DNA from: Octopus bimaculoides | Lineage: Eukaryota | NCBI RefSeq assembly: GCF_001194135.2 | Contig: NC_068988.1 | Span: forward strand, 14,932,107-14,996,106 | DNA: 64,000 nt | Direction: 5' to 3' | Shown: positions 1 through 12,499 of the stretch, in pieces | How positions within the stretch are numbered: position 1 is the first letter of the stretch | Layout: each line of letters opens with the position of its first letter | Notes under the pieces: generated by a model | Seen by the model: the letters and a program-made list of their open reading frames with translations, nothing else | What the model was told of the DNA's origin: nothing | Database searches by the model: none | Program-made: the position numbers and the translations under genes

Positions 1-236
1 TATACATATATGTGTGTGTGTGTGTATGTGTTTGTGTGTCTGTGTTTGTCCCCCCAACATCGCTTGACAACCGATGCTGGTGTGTTTATGTCCCTGTAAC
101 TTAGCGGTTTGGCAAAATAGACCGATAGAATAAGTACTAGGCTTCTAAAGAATAAGTCCTGGGGTCGATTTGCTCGACTAAAGGCGGTGCTCCAGCATGG
201 CCAGTCAAAAGACTGAAACAAGTAAGAGTAAAAGAC
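1..236 (+). mobile_element. 3' part of abundant tRNA-derived SINE (family A: tRNA head, CORE-like segment, internal TA/TG microsatellite, tail ending GACTGAAACAAGTAAAAGA)
   Basis: Near-identical body recurs at about 22557-22864 (-), 26385-26740 (-), 32140-32480, 35277-35832, 50765-51105 and 55790-56025. Full copies have an A box TGGCTGTGTGG and a B box GGTTCAGTCCC. Confidence 0.85.
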
Positions 237-420
237 TATAGTCTGATACCTAAATGTTTTGAGGCAGAATCTTGACAGAGTTAACTTGTTAATCCTTTTA
301 GTCTATTAATCCCAATGTTTGTAAGGCAAGTACCAGTAATATACTAGCATTTCATCATAATCCCTTTCCTTACAAAACCAAAATCAGGACCTACTTATTC
401 ATTTTGTTTAAATACATATA

Positions 421-700
421 AAAAGCACCCATGCTAGTGCCACATGAAAAGCACCTGTACCACTCCCATGTATAAAAGATCTGTAACAGTGCCACATATA
501 AAGCACCCATCCTGATGCCACATAATAAGCATCTAGTACACTCTGTAAACTGGTTGGCATTAGGAAGGGCATCCAGCCATAGAAACCATGCCAGGCATGA
601 AGCCTGGGCAGCTCTTCAGCTGACCACCCCCTGTCAAAATCAAAATGCCCCCACCCACCTCACCATGCCAGCATGGAAAACGGACATTAAGTGATATTGA
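421..700 (+). mobile_element. RTE-type retroposon 3' end with array of about 25-bp GTGCCACATAAAAAGCACC units
   Basis: Tail GTTGGCATTAGGAAGGGCATCCAGC...CCATGCCAGCATGGAAAACGGACATTAA is shared with more than 20 copies in the window. Confidence 0.75.
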
Positions 701-1759
701 TGGTGTGTTGAAATATTCCAAACTGGTGCGGGCATGTGCCTGAACAGGGTGCCAATTCGTCACAGAGTAAACCTTCAGTTACCACTGGAACCTATTTTCA
801 GCTGAGTGTACTGGAGCAATGTGAGGTGAAGTGTCTTGCTCGAGAACACACTGCACTGCCCTGTCTGAGAACTGAACTCATATCTTAACAACCATAAACC
901 TTAAACCACCTGACCATGGACCTTCATTTGATGAACACTAAGCACCATAAATTTTGTTTTGTGTCTTTTTTTTTTTTTTTTCAGCTAAAATAGATTAACA
1001 CAAATCAGGTCATTACTGTGTGTTCAAATATGTTTTTTAATCAGACTTTGCTGCTGATGCTGCCGTTGCTGTTGTTATTCAATAAACAGGTGTCATATTG
1101 ACTTTACAGTTCAGTGGTGGTGGTGGTGGCGGCAGGAGCAGTAGTAGTAGTAGTAATAAAGAAAGATAAAGACACAGACATGGCTACGTGGTTAAGAAGT
1201 TCACTTTGTAACCACATGGTTTGGAATTCAGTCCCACTGCATGGCAGCACCTTGGGCAAGTCTCTTATACTGTAGCCTCCAGGCCAACCAATGCCTTGAG
1301 AGTAAATTTGGTAGATAAAATCATTGTGAAAGCTCATTATGCATGAGTGTGTGTGTGTGTATCATAATTATCATCATTGGAAGGCACATGATTCCGAGAG
1401 TGTAGTGGGTGCTTTTACGTGCCACCGGCACGAAGGCCAGTCAGGCGGTACTGGCAACGGCCATGCTCAAAATGGTGTTTTTTACGTGCCACCTGCACAG
1501 GAGCCAGTCCAGCGGCACTGGCAATGACCCGCTCGAATGCTTTTTCACATGCCACCAGCACAAGTGCCAGTAAGGCGATGCTGGTAACGCTATGAATTGT
1601 TATAATCTGAAGGAAGAGATTGGAACACGTTTCTTGCTGTAGAGAAGATACATAACTACTTGCACACTATTTACTTGAAATAATGATTTCTAACATAAGC
1701 ACAAATCCACAAATTTAATTGGATAAGGTTAGTTATTTAAATCAACTCCAGTACTTGAT

Positions 1760-2875
1760 TGACATTGAGAGAACAAATAGCATAGTTGACCTTGGCAGAA
1801 CTCAAACTGAGAACATAAAGAAGTGTAATTAATATTTATTTCAATTTTTGGCACAAGGCCAGTAATTTTGAGAGAGAGGTGGGGCGGGGGTGATTACATC
1901 GACCCCGGTATGCAACTGGTACTTATTTTATCAACCCCAAAAGAATGAGAGGCAAAGTCAATCTTGGCAGAATTTGAACTCAGAATATAAAGATGGACAA
2001 AATGCTACTAAGCATTTTTCCCAATGTGCTAACGCTTCTTTTCTACTCTAGGCACCAGGCCTGAAATTTTGGGGGAGGGGACCAGTCAAATAGATCGACC
2101 CCAGTATGGACCTCAAAAGGATAAAAGGCAAAGTCAACCACAGCAGAATCTGAACTCAGAACGTAAAGACATAAAATACTGCTAAGCATTTCGCCTGGCA
2201 TGCTAATGATTCTGCCAGCGCTTGCTGCCTTAGAAGCATAATTAATATTGGTTTCAAATAGTGGCATAAGGCCAGCAAGCTTGAGAGTGGGGGTCAGTCA
2301 ATTACATCAACCCCCAGTACTCAACTGATATTTATTTTATCAATTCTGAAAGAATGAAAAGCAAAGTCAACCTCGGCAGAATTTGAACTCAGTATGTGAA
2401 GACAGACAAAACACTCCTAAGCATTTTGCCCAGCATGCTAATGAGTCTGCCAGTTTGATGCCTTAGAAACGAATTAATATTGCAAGACATTTAGGATGGC
2501 AAGCTGGCAAAAATGTTAGAACGTCGGGTGAAATGCTTAGCAATATTTCATCTATCATTACGTTCTAAGTTCAAATTCCGCCAATGTCAACTTTACCTTT
2601 CATTCTTTTGGGGTTGATAAATTAAGCACCAGTTGCATACTGGGTCGATCTAATTGACTGGCCCCCTCCCCAAATATTTCGGGCCTTGAACCTAGAGTAG
2701 AAAAAATTATCTTAAGGCTGTGAGCTAGCAGAAACATTAGCATGCTGGGTGAAACGCTTAGCGGTATTTCGTCTGATAAATTAAGTACTAGATGCATACT
2801 GGGGTCGATCTAATTGACTGGCCCCCTCTCCAAAAATTTCGGGCCTTGTGCCTAGAGTAGAAAAGAATATTGCAA
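1760..2875. mobile_element. Stack of at least five SINE family B copies (AGCTGGCAGAAACGTTAGCA head, GAGTTCAAATTC B box, TACTGGGGTCGAT central domain) in both orientations
   Basis: Repeated GGCAAAGTCAACCTCGGCAGAATTTGAACTCAGAA and its reverse complement. Further copies at about 4870-5080, 6190-6380, 36230-37030, 39230-39440, 42130-42420, 45690-45975, 48330-48500, 52670-52880 and 56390-56605. Confidence 0.85.
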
Positions 2876-5800
2876 GGCTCTATTAATTCTGCCTTTCGGC
2901 TGCCTAAAAGCTACAGGAAATATTCAAAATAATTCTTTAAAGAAATCAATTGTTGTAAGGTTTGTTTCCATCTAATATTAACCAAAATTTTCAGAATTAA
3001 ATATGCAAATCATTTTCCACAAAATACCAGTGAATTATAATTTTTAATGGAATAACAATGAAATATCAATAAAAAAAAAAATAGCGTATTTTGTTCAGAA
3101 ATACATGCTAAAATTCAATAGATAAGTATTGACAAATCATCATCTCCACCACCACCATCGACAAATTCTTATATGGACAAAAAAAAAAAACAATAGCTCT
3201 TAATAAATATCCTATTTGAATATGTTTTTCTGTGCATACATTAAAATAGAAATTATATAATAATTTTATTACATTTTTTTCTCCCTCCCAGTTAAATATC
3301 AATTCAAAGATATTGCATATAGGAATTAATAATTTCATGAAACTCTAATCTTGTGTATTATGTATTTCAGTCTTTTGATAAAAGACATTTCTAAATGTAG
3401 TTAGAAAAAAAATTCCTCAACTGTTGTCACTTCATATGACATAAATAACAGCAGTTTCAGTATTTTGTTTCCTTGAGTTGGATGCTGGAACTTTTTAGTA
3501 TTTCATCATAATTGTTGTTTAACGTCCGCTTTCCATGCTAGCATGGGTTGGACAATTTGACTGAGGACTGGTGAAACCAGATGGCTACACCAGGCTCCAA
3601 TCTGATTTGGCAGAGTTTCTACAGCTGGATGCCCTTCCTAACGCCAACCACTCTCTTTTGCCAGTGGCACGTAAAAGCACCCATTACATTCTCAGAGTGG
3701 TTGGCATAAGGAAGAGCACCCAGCCATAGAAAGCATGTCAAATCAGACTGGAGTATGGTGTAGCCCCTCAGCTTACCAGCTCTGGTCAAACTGTCCAACC
3801 CCTGCCAGCATGGACAACAGACACATCAGTTCCTCTCAAACCATTCAACCCTTACCAGCATTAAACACGGATGTTAAACAATGGTGATAATGATGATGAC
3901 CCCACCAGTACAGGTGCCACTTAAAAAGCACCAAATCCATACTGTAAAGTGGTGGGCATTTGGAAGGGCATCCAGCTGTAAAAGCCACATCAAAACTGAT
4001 CTTGCTTGGGTCACTGATCTTGCTTGGGTCAAGGGCATCCAGCCATAAAAACCAAGGCAAAACAGAAACATGGCGTAGGCCTCCTGTCTGGCTAGCACCT
4101 ACCAAACTGTCAAACCCATGCCAGCACAGAAGATGGACATTAAGCGATGATGATGATGATATCAATATGACGTGAACAGAAATACTTAGCAGTATTCATG
4201 TCCTGATAAGGGATGTCCCTTCATGGCAAAAAAATAAGCTTGAATTTTTGTTTATCATGCAACTAATAAAAATAAGTACCAAAGATGAAATTGGTTGGAA
4301 CCTTTGGAGGCAGTGACCCAACATGGCTGCAGCCCAATCCCTGAAACCAGTAAAATACTAAAAGAATGTGTTCACAGATGGAAGAAAGAGTGATGAAAGA
4401 GGAATAAAGTGAAAGAGTAATAGAGTGTGAGTGATGGATATATGATGATTGTTAGTAAAGCGATCCACTAAAAGTATGACCATCAATGAGAACGTAGACA
4501 CATAAGAGAGTGATGGGAGAAAATGATTGATGTCAACAATGAGAGAGACTGATTGATGGCAATGAAAATGAGTTATGGTAAACAGTGGGAGTGATGGATG
4601 GCAATAATATATGCAAGGAAGGAGAGTAATAAAAGAGTAGTGGTAAGCAACAAAGAAGGGGTTTGGTGAGGAGAGACTGAATAGATAGACCCAATCTGAT
4701 GGCATCCCTTGTGAAAGAGACAATACAGAGAGATAGCAGGGAAGCATACTGGTAGGAGAAGGGGTGAGTGAGAGATGAAAGAGTAATGAAGGTAGCAGAG
4801 AATGATATGTGGAAACTTAATATGAACACAACGATGAAGAGAGAAATCCAAATATAAATATTTTTTTTCTACTCTAGGCACAAGGCACGGCATTTTGGGG
4901 GAGGGGGGCCAGTCAATTAGATTGACCCCAGTAAGCAACTGGTACTTAATTTATCGACCCCGAAAGGATGAAAAGCAAAGATGACCTCAGCAGAATTTGA
5001 ACTCAGAATGTAAAGACAGACGAAATACTGCTAAGCATTTCGCCCAGCATGCTAACAGTTCTGCCAGCTCACTGCCTTCCAAATCTCTTTTACTCTTTTA
5101 TTTGTAGATTTTCAGATATGTGTTTGATAAAATAATCTCTAGATTACAACTATCTTGTCTGATAGTCAATACTCATGGATGAGCTTAATAGGGTAAATTC
5201 CAGGGTCAATACCAAAATTATATACATATCATTTAACATCCATTTTCCATGCTGGCATGGGTTTGACTATATTATAAATGGACACACCTCTTTCAAATGA
5301 AGTGACAGAAAGTACAACCAGATACCAAAGCGTAGTGAATGTTACATATCCTGTTCATTTTAAAACACTACAGTTGTCCCCTCATAGCTCAAGTTTATAA
5401 GTTAGATATACCCAAAATAGATGTATCTATCACCCTTCACTGCTATCTCCCTTTCCACACAAGTTGATTTTTTATACATATCATTAGGTATGCACATTTC
5501 CATTCAATAGAAATCTCTAATATACCCAGCCAAAAAGAACCCAATAGCCAAATCTCATTCTACAATAATGGAATAAATAAGCAATGCATCGCATGAAAAT
5601 ATAGCAACCAAAACACTAAAGATATCATCATATTCCTTATATTGTTGATCTGACATTCTCAAATGTTTACACAGCAAAAGGTTGTTTTCTTTTCAGAGGC
5701 TGCAAACGTTACACCCGTGAAAACTTCCAACTCTACATGTTCTCATATACATCAGAGTACTTCTTAATTTTTTGTTTTTTAAAACACTACTGTCTGAACG

Positions 5801-7022
5801 TCAAGCATTTACACATCAATATTCTGTAATGTTTAAAACTAGTCAAGCAACATCCTCTCTCTCTCTTTTTTTAGCTACGAAAATTTGTTGATTAGATATC
5901 AGATCTATAGAAACCCATTCAGTGTTTTTTCTTTCCCTCTTCACAGTACTAAATAACTTGCTTCCATCCAGAATCATTTTGCTTGAAAACCCGTGCCTCA
6001 CACCGAATGTTATCTCTTATCACTAACCTGCTATAATTCTAAACCAGGTATAGGTAGCTGTGTTCAAGAAGCGGGTGGCATGAAACATGGTTCATCATCA
6101 GGCGGGCCGCACTACTAAAAAAAAAAAGGGGAGGGATAATGAATATATTTCGTCAGGTGAAGCCTGAAAGCTTACAGAATTGTTAAATTCCAGGTAAAAT
6201 GCTTAGCGGTATTTCGTCCGTGTTTACGTTGAGTTCAAATTCCGCCGAGGTTGACTTTGCCTTTCATCCTTCCTGGGTCGATAAAATAAGTACCAGTTGA
6301 GTTCCGAGATCGATGTAAACAACTTATTTCCTTCCCTCAGTGAGCCAGCTCACCTTGTGCCAAAATTAGAAACCAATATTTCGTTAGGTATGTGTCTATG
6401 ACTGTTGTAAACCGTGCATACTACCTCGTTATTCGTAATAACGACAGAGATTATCATTATGAAAATCTTCGGCTTAATTCATAGCATATACATACATAAC
6501 GCCAGGTGTTTATTTACATGTTACCTCGGCTCATGTAAACAAACGACATATACAGGTAATTTAGAATGTTACCTTTAATCTATATTCTTTTTCCTATTGT
6601 AAATTAATATTACATCCAACAGCTATAAAAAACGTGAACTTTAATGGACAGGTGATAAAACAAGGTTCCTATATATATTTGAAATAAATTTCTTTTGCGC
6701 AACTCACGAAGATGAATGAAAACACGAGAGTTGTCTCCCTTAAGCAGAAAGGTTATTTTATTACTTTTTTTCTCCGACTGAAATATAGCACAAGAAATTT
6801 CATGTTTACATTGGATGATCGAATATTCTGATTGAAATGTCAAATAAATAAATTGGGTCATCTTATAACAAGAGACTCGTCTGCAAAACTGACTGAATGA
6901 CATTCTGCACGTGTACGCACACACGTTTTTTAATGCTAAGTTATAAATACAATTTTACACTAAATTGAAGGATTGATTGCACGATACTCGACACTGACTT
7001 CGAAGTTTCCACCTGCTGAGCC

Positions 7023-7060
<38 letters not shown>

Positions 7061-7472
7061 GGAAGTTATGTGAAATTATGTATTGTATTTGTTTCAGATT
7101 GCGGTCATGCTAGGGCACTGCCTAAACTATTGATAATTAAATTTGCTATTTCGTTGGCGTTGTAATTTTCATTTCAAAAACTTTTAATAGTTTGATCAAG
7201 CAGTTAACCTATTTATCGATTTTTGCATTTTTAATGTATTCCGTCACTTTATTCAAGAATTTAATTGTTCCTGACCATCACTGAGCGAATTATTCTCTCC
7301 ACAGCTTAGCAATAACTTAATGTGTATGTTATACAAATCAGTAGCGTGAGAGGGGAGCGACGATGGGGGGGTCCGGTCAGGTGGCGCTTTTGGGTGTTGT
7401 AAAACCAGTATAGAAGACTGAGGGGGAAAGGGCACTCGTGGGCGAAACACTGTGGCTATAGAAGATATGTAT

Positions 7473-7689
7473 TATAGTGCGATAGGCTGGTTTATAGGGT
7501 TGCTCTGGGTTTCTCGCTAAGGCGATGCCTTACGGTGCATCTTCAGACCCCAAATACTGCTGGCCTGAGGCTTCTTTAAAATATGGAAGAGTAAAAACTA
7601 GGTTTTTCCCCTTCCCCCTCCATATTTTCAAGGTCTCAGAAGAGCGAGAAACCTAGGGTAATTCCATAAACCAGCCTATCCCCACTATA
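7473..7689. mobile_element. MITE-like element with about 45-bp imperfect terminal inverted repeats
   Basis: TATAGTGCGATAGGCTGGTTTAT... pairs with ...ATAAACCAGCCTATCCCCACTATA. A shorter relative lies at 20526-20623. Confidence 0.7.
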
Positions 7690-8729
7690 TTAACTGCTCT
7701 ACATCTTAGTGCTTCTCCTCCGGATTTATTTCTACAAAGGAGATTATATTATTTGTGAAGTTCGCCTAGCTACGATGAATCCCCACGTTCGAGAGATACC
7801 CATGGGTGGTCTAGCTGTGAAATCTCACTCACAGACCTGTCTGAAGTGTGTATGCATGCACCTTGCTTACCGATTTTGTTTTTTTGGCGCACAAGAATGC
7901 ATGAGGGGTTAAGTTTCAGGCCCACTGTATGGCACCTTGAGCAAGTGTTTTCTGCTATAACCCCAACTAATGCCCTGAGTGAATTTAGTAGAAGCCAGTC
8001 AGATATGGGGGACATAAACTAATTCATGCTGGTTAGTTTATGTCCCCCACCCCATAACTTAGCAGTTTGGAATGGAATTGATAGAATAAGTATCAAAGTA
8101 ATAAAATAAATTCTGTACAATTGACCGAGCCCTTAGAGACAGTGCACCAGCATGGCTACAATGGTCAAAAACAATTAAGAGTATATATCTCCACCAATCC
8201 AACTCCACATGACATTCTACCGATCTGTATTGTTAACAAGTTCTACTTTTGATCAATGCTGATTCAGAGTTTACTGAACATAAAACTTTAAATGTGAAGC
8301 AGTTTTGCATGGATGGAAGTTGATAATGTAAATATAAGAGTCACTGAGGGCATATTGACTAAAACATGCCTTCAATAGAATATTTTCTTGACCTCAGACT
8401 TCCAACATTGGAAATTTGCAAGTAAACCAGTTCTAAATTTCAAGTTCAGACTAAAAAAAAAAAATTAAAAAAAAAAGAACGAAGTAATGGCTGGTATCAG
8501 TACTACAGCCAAGTCATAATTTTGCTCAACAAGTGTAGTCTTGGACCAGTTTATCTAACTGCATAGAAAATATTGCTGCAATCAAGTAACCATGACAGAG
8601 CAATTTAGTGAATTGCAGGTCCTTGCCTGAATGCTAAAGTGAGGCCAAATGTTCTTACAACTACATTCATGCTACATACTTACTGATATGCAATAGTGAG
8701 TCTTTGCACTATCAATTTCTATAACAGTG

Positions 8730-8935
8730 GAGGTACATGGCTTAGTTGTTAGGGTTTGGGGCTAATAATCCTAAGATTGTGGCTTCGATTCTTGAACCAG
8801 GTGAAGTGTTGTGTTCTTGAGCAAAACACTTCATTTCACATTGTTCCTGTCCACTTGGCTAGCAAAAATGACTAATCCGACAACGGACAGGTTTTGTCCA
8901 GGGTAGAAATATATGCACCACAGAAACTGGACTTG
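8730..8935 (+). mobile_element. Old tRNA-derived SINE (family C; CORE/V-like body)
   Basis: TGGCTTAGTTG A box, GCTTCGATTC B box, then TTGAGCAAAACACTTCATTTCACATTG. Reverse-strand relatives at about 770-900 and 63740-63880. Confidence 0.6.
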
Positions 8936-10727
8936 ATGTTCCGATTTTGAGAAAAGGGTTAAACATTTCCCAAACAGACCCTGGTTCTATGTTACAAATG
9001 TCTCCATTTTAAAATTATCAAACGAACTTTCAAATAAAATTACTAGTTAATTTGCTCTAAACAAACAAGTGTATTTCACCAGAAATATGGTAATAAAAAG
9101 ATGAAAGTGTAGTAGACTTCACTTGAAAATTCAAGGGACAGCCATATCCCAAGTTTAGTAAATCATTGAACTTCATGTTCCATGCTGGCATGGGTCAATT
9201 TGACAGACTTCGAGGACTATATCATGCTCCAGTCCTGTTTGACATGGTTTGAGGCTAGATGCTTTTTTTTTAAGCCAATCACTTTACAGGTTTCACTGAG
9301 CACTTCTCCCATGCTAACACCTTTCAGGACCCCCATACAACTTGCAAGACTACAAAACTGTACGAGAGGGAGAACTTTATGCTAAGAGAGAGTACAATAG
9401 GCGAGTAGAACAAGTTTCTTATGAAAGGTGCTCCATAACTCACATTCTAGAAAGAATATAGTTCCACACTGGAATTACTACTTCACAGGAAACTATCCCT
9501 CAGTAAAAATCTCTATCCTTCAGAAATATCTCTCGTGGTCAGGTGGCATCCCTGTTATAATCATCTTGTCTGCAAGGTTTATTATATTTTGGATCATTTT
9601 ATTCACAATGTTCAACTATATATCTGGAAGCATAGAATTTGAAGATGCAAATCGAGAACCTTTTATCTCATCTTCAGATTTGCATTTAACTAGAACCACC
9701 AGAATGTGAACCAATTTCTAAGTGTATTGTTACACAAAGACTGATACAACAAAACAGCACGTCTCTATTCTCTCACAATTAGGTTTATTATACTGCTCCA
9801 TTAGCTTCAGGATGTATGCAGATGCTTTTGATTGTTCAAATGTTCCTTAGCCAAATAACCAAATATTGTCAAACACTAATGTACTCCCCTAAAAAAATGA
9901 AAGCACTCAAACTGTAGGCCATATTTCCCCCCAAACTTTCAAAGAAACCTCAACATGGTCTTGGTTAGAAGGACTGATCAATTGCACAACTAGAGCCGAG
10001 CTGTTTATTTACAAACTCCATAGTCAATCAGAAAAGATTGAACACAACTGGAACCATGTCTTGGACATTTAAAGTTTATTTGAATATGAGAAAAAACCAT
10101 TATCCCCTATAATAGTCAACAACCAGTAATGCAAGATTTAACATAATTAGTAAAATTCATTAATATCCACTCTTGGCAATAATTTACAGCCAGTGAACCT
10201 TTCATTACAAGGTGAAAGATTAAATACAAACTGTACTCTTAAAACCTTGGTCTATACAGTAAACTTTTATAGGCAAGTCTTACACTTTTTTTTCAAAAGT
10301 ATAAAAAAAATGTAATGATATTCAGAGAAAACATTTCACAGAAAAACAATTTAAAGAAAATACATTTTTTTTAATTGCAGATCCACAGAAGACATTTTCT
10401 ACACATTTGTTTCATTAATATTTTTTACAGAGGCTATGAGAGAGATGTATAAAAGTAAGTTTAGTTTTATGAAACTTGCACTTTGTTAGTGTTAAGATTT
10501 TTTGCACTTCGATGTAGTTGTTGAGAAATTTAGCTGAATGACCATTTACAACTCTAAATTATGCATAAAAAAAGATCTCTCATCCATTCCATGAAAAAGC
10601 TATCTGAAAAACCATTCAAATTCATATTTAGTGTTTTAGTACAAAAATATAAAAACGAGTAAAATCACCTGTATTTAAGAATTTGCACTAAAAGGATTAT
10701 TAGCTGAACAGGCTTGCTCACCACACA

Positions 10728-10763
<36 letters not shown>

Positions 10764-10819
10764 GCTAGATATAATTAAAGATATCTGCTATATTAATTTC
10801 TGTAACTTACCATTTGCAG

Positions 10820-11060
10820 ATTTCCAACAACATTACTTTCCTTGTCAAGCTGATATACACTCGGCAAGCTACTGGAATACAACCTTGCATTCCAACACTA
10901 ATGGTCACCCTCACTTCAGTGCCATTCCTCGAAATAAGCAGCCACACTCGGGTATCATGAAGGTGGATCAACTATGTCAGCAGGAGACAAGTATTTTGTT
11001 CCTGTTTCTAATGACTGCAACACTATGGCTGGCAACAACACTTTCCAACTTCACGAAAAC
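10820..11060 (+). CDS. SLC4A11: SLC4A11-like (bicarbonate-transporter family, borate/H+/NH3 clade) membrane-domain exon; first of 7 visible exons
   Basis: ttgcAG acceptor; FQQHYFPCQ...CQQETSILFLFLMTATLWLATTLSNFTKT resembles recalled SLC4A11 [30 protein letters not shown] donor. All 7 exons (1106 nt) join in frame without a stop. Confidence 0.88.
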
Positions 11061-11140
11061 GTAAGCTAAATTAAATTTCATTAACTATAAATATTAAAAA
11101 CATCAGTCGATAATTTTCTCTTCTTTTTCTTATATTCCAG

Positions 11141-11244
11141 ACCTTATTTAAGTGCACAAAAAAGACAGCTGCTGGCTGATTATGCAATCCCACTGACAAT
11201 TTTGATTATGACAATAGTGTCAACAATATTCTCAAGCATCTACA
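11141..11244 (+). CDS. SLC4A11: SLC4A11-like exon
   Basis: PYLSAQKRQLLADYAIPLTILIMTIVSTIFSSIY versus SLC4A11 PYL..REILSDCALPIAVL; ccAG and GTAAGT sites. Confidence 0.9.
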
Positions 11245-11331
11245 GTAAGTTCTGGACAAACTTTTACATTTACCTACATATATCAAGAAAAAACCAGTTT
11301 CAAAATAAAACCTTTTTTTTTTCTTATACAG

Positions 11332-11497
11332 TGGAACCATTATTACTACCATCAAATGTTACACTTGGTCCGGCACCTTTATACAAACTTTCAGCTGGAG
11401 CAGTTGTTACCTCTTTCTTCCTTGGTTTCAGTCTCTCATTACTGTTTTTCATCAATCATAACATCTCAAGTGCTCAAATTAACATGGCAACATACAA
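11332..11497 (+). CDS. SLC4A11: SLC4A11-like exon (TM8)
   Basis: LSAGAVVTSFFLGFSLSLLFFINHNISSAQIN versus [32 protein letters not shown]; phases match both neighbours. Confidence 0.9.
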
Positions 11498-11582
11498 GTA
11501 AGTTTCCACTTTAGCAATTGAAAACAAAGTCACAAAAGAAAAAACAAAAGCAAAAAAAATTAACAATAGCTTCTATTTTCAG

Positions 11583-11756
11583 ACTTAAGAAAGGATCAGC
11601 CTATCACTGGGATTTACTTGTTATAGCTATCATAAACATTATGTTATCAATCATTGGATGTCCATGGATGCATGTAGCCCTCCCAGTGTCTTCACAACAT
11701 GTCAAGAGTATGGCTCAGATGGAAGAACGAGTTGAGCAAGGAAGTATACATCAAAT
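11583..11756 (+). CDS. SLC4A11: SLC4A11-like exon
   Basis: LKKGSAYHWDLLVIAIINIMLSIIGCPWMHVALPVSSQHVKSMAQMEERVEQGSI versus [55 protein letters not shown]. Confidence 0.93.
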
Positions 11757-11834
11757 GTAAGTCAAACAATTCAATCCTAAAAACACTTTCAAAAACTGGC
11801 AAATACCCGTTAACACTAATTACTTCTCTTTCAG

Positions 11835-12030
11835 CATTGTACAGGTCAGAGAAACCCGTGTAACCAGCCTTCTCTGCTACATGATGCTTGGCCTGTCCCT
11901 TTTGCTGCTGCCTCATCCACTCGCAGATATCCCAAGACCAGTGTTGTGTGGATTTCTACTCTACATGGCAATCATATTTCTTTCAGACAGACAACTTATC
12001 GACAGATTTCTACTCCTAATAACCGAACAG
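11835..12030 (+). CDS. SLC4A11: SLC4A11-like exon
   Basis: IVQVRETRVTSLLCYMMLGLSLLLLPHPLADIPRPVLCGFLLYMA...RFLLLITEQ; carries the ETR motif and the IP.PVL.G.FLY motif. Confidence 0.93.
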
Positions 12031-12121
12031 GTAAGTTACTTACTGAAACAAAACAATTAACAAATTAAAATACCTCCTCAGTTTTCTAACTAGTCTTTTT
12101 TTCCCCATTTTTTTTTTCCAG

Positions 12122-12291
12122 TCATCCTATCCACCAAGTCATTACATCAGACGAGTGCCACAGAGAGATATCCACAAATATACATTTTCCCAGATGGCTC
12201 AACTTCTTTTTTTATGTATTTTCGGTCTTGTTCCAGTTCCTTACATACAAATGTTCTTCCCAATGGTAGTGATCTCTCTTGCTTTTATCAG
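12122..12291 (+). CDS. SLC4A11: SLC4A11-like exon
   Basis: [43 protein letters not shown] versus [21 protein letters not shown]. Confidence 0.93.
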
Positions 12292-12444
12292 GTAACAATT
12301 TTTCTTTTTTCAAAATACAAAATTAAAACTTAACTTAGAAATAAACACTAAGCAATCTAATAAAAGCATCTTCCCTGCTAAGTGAACATTAAACTAATCA
12401 CTACGAAATGTTAAAGTGAAATATCTTTTCTTTCTTTACAACAG

Positions 12445-12499
12445 ACACTTGTTAGTCCCCAAGGTTGTGGAGAAGAAACATCTCGCTGTACTTGACTAA
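12445..12499 (+). CDS. SLC4A11: SLC4A11-like terminal exon
   Basis: (R)HLLVPKVVEKKHLAVLD* versus RYILLPRIIEAKYLDVMD; TAA at 12497-12499. Confidence 0.88.

Noticed and set aside
3560-3582. CTGAGGACTGGTGAAACCAG in the RTE tail resembling a hammerhead core
   Set aside because: No stem II between CUGAGGA and GAAA; the GAAA is a hairpin loop and is absent from other copies.
4358-4938. Three overlapping hydrophobic minus-strand ORFs
   Set aside because: Low-complexity purine-rich tract with no domain or splice support.
6525-6534. ATG AGC CGA G/GTAAC as a first coding mini-exon on the minus strand
   Set aside because: Too short to support, and no compatible downstream exon was identified.
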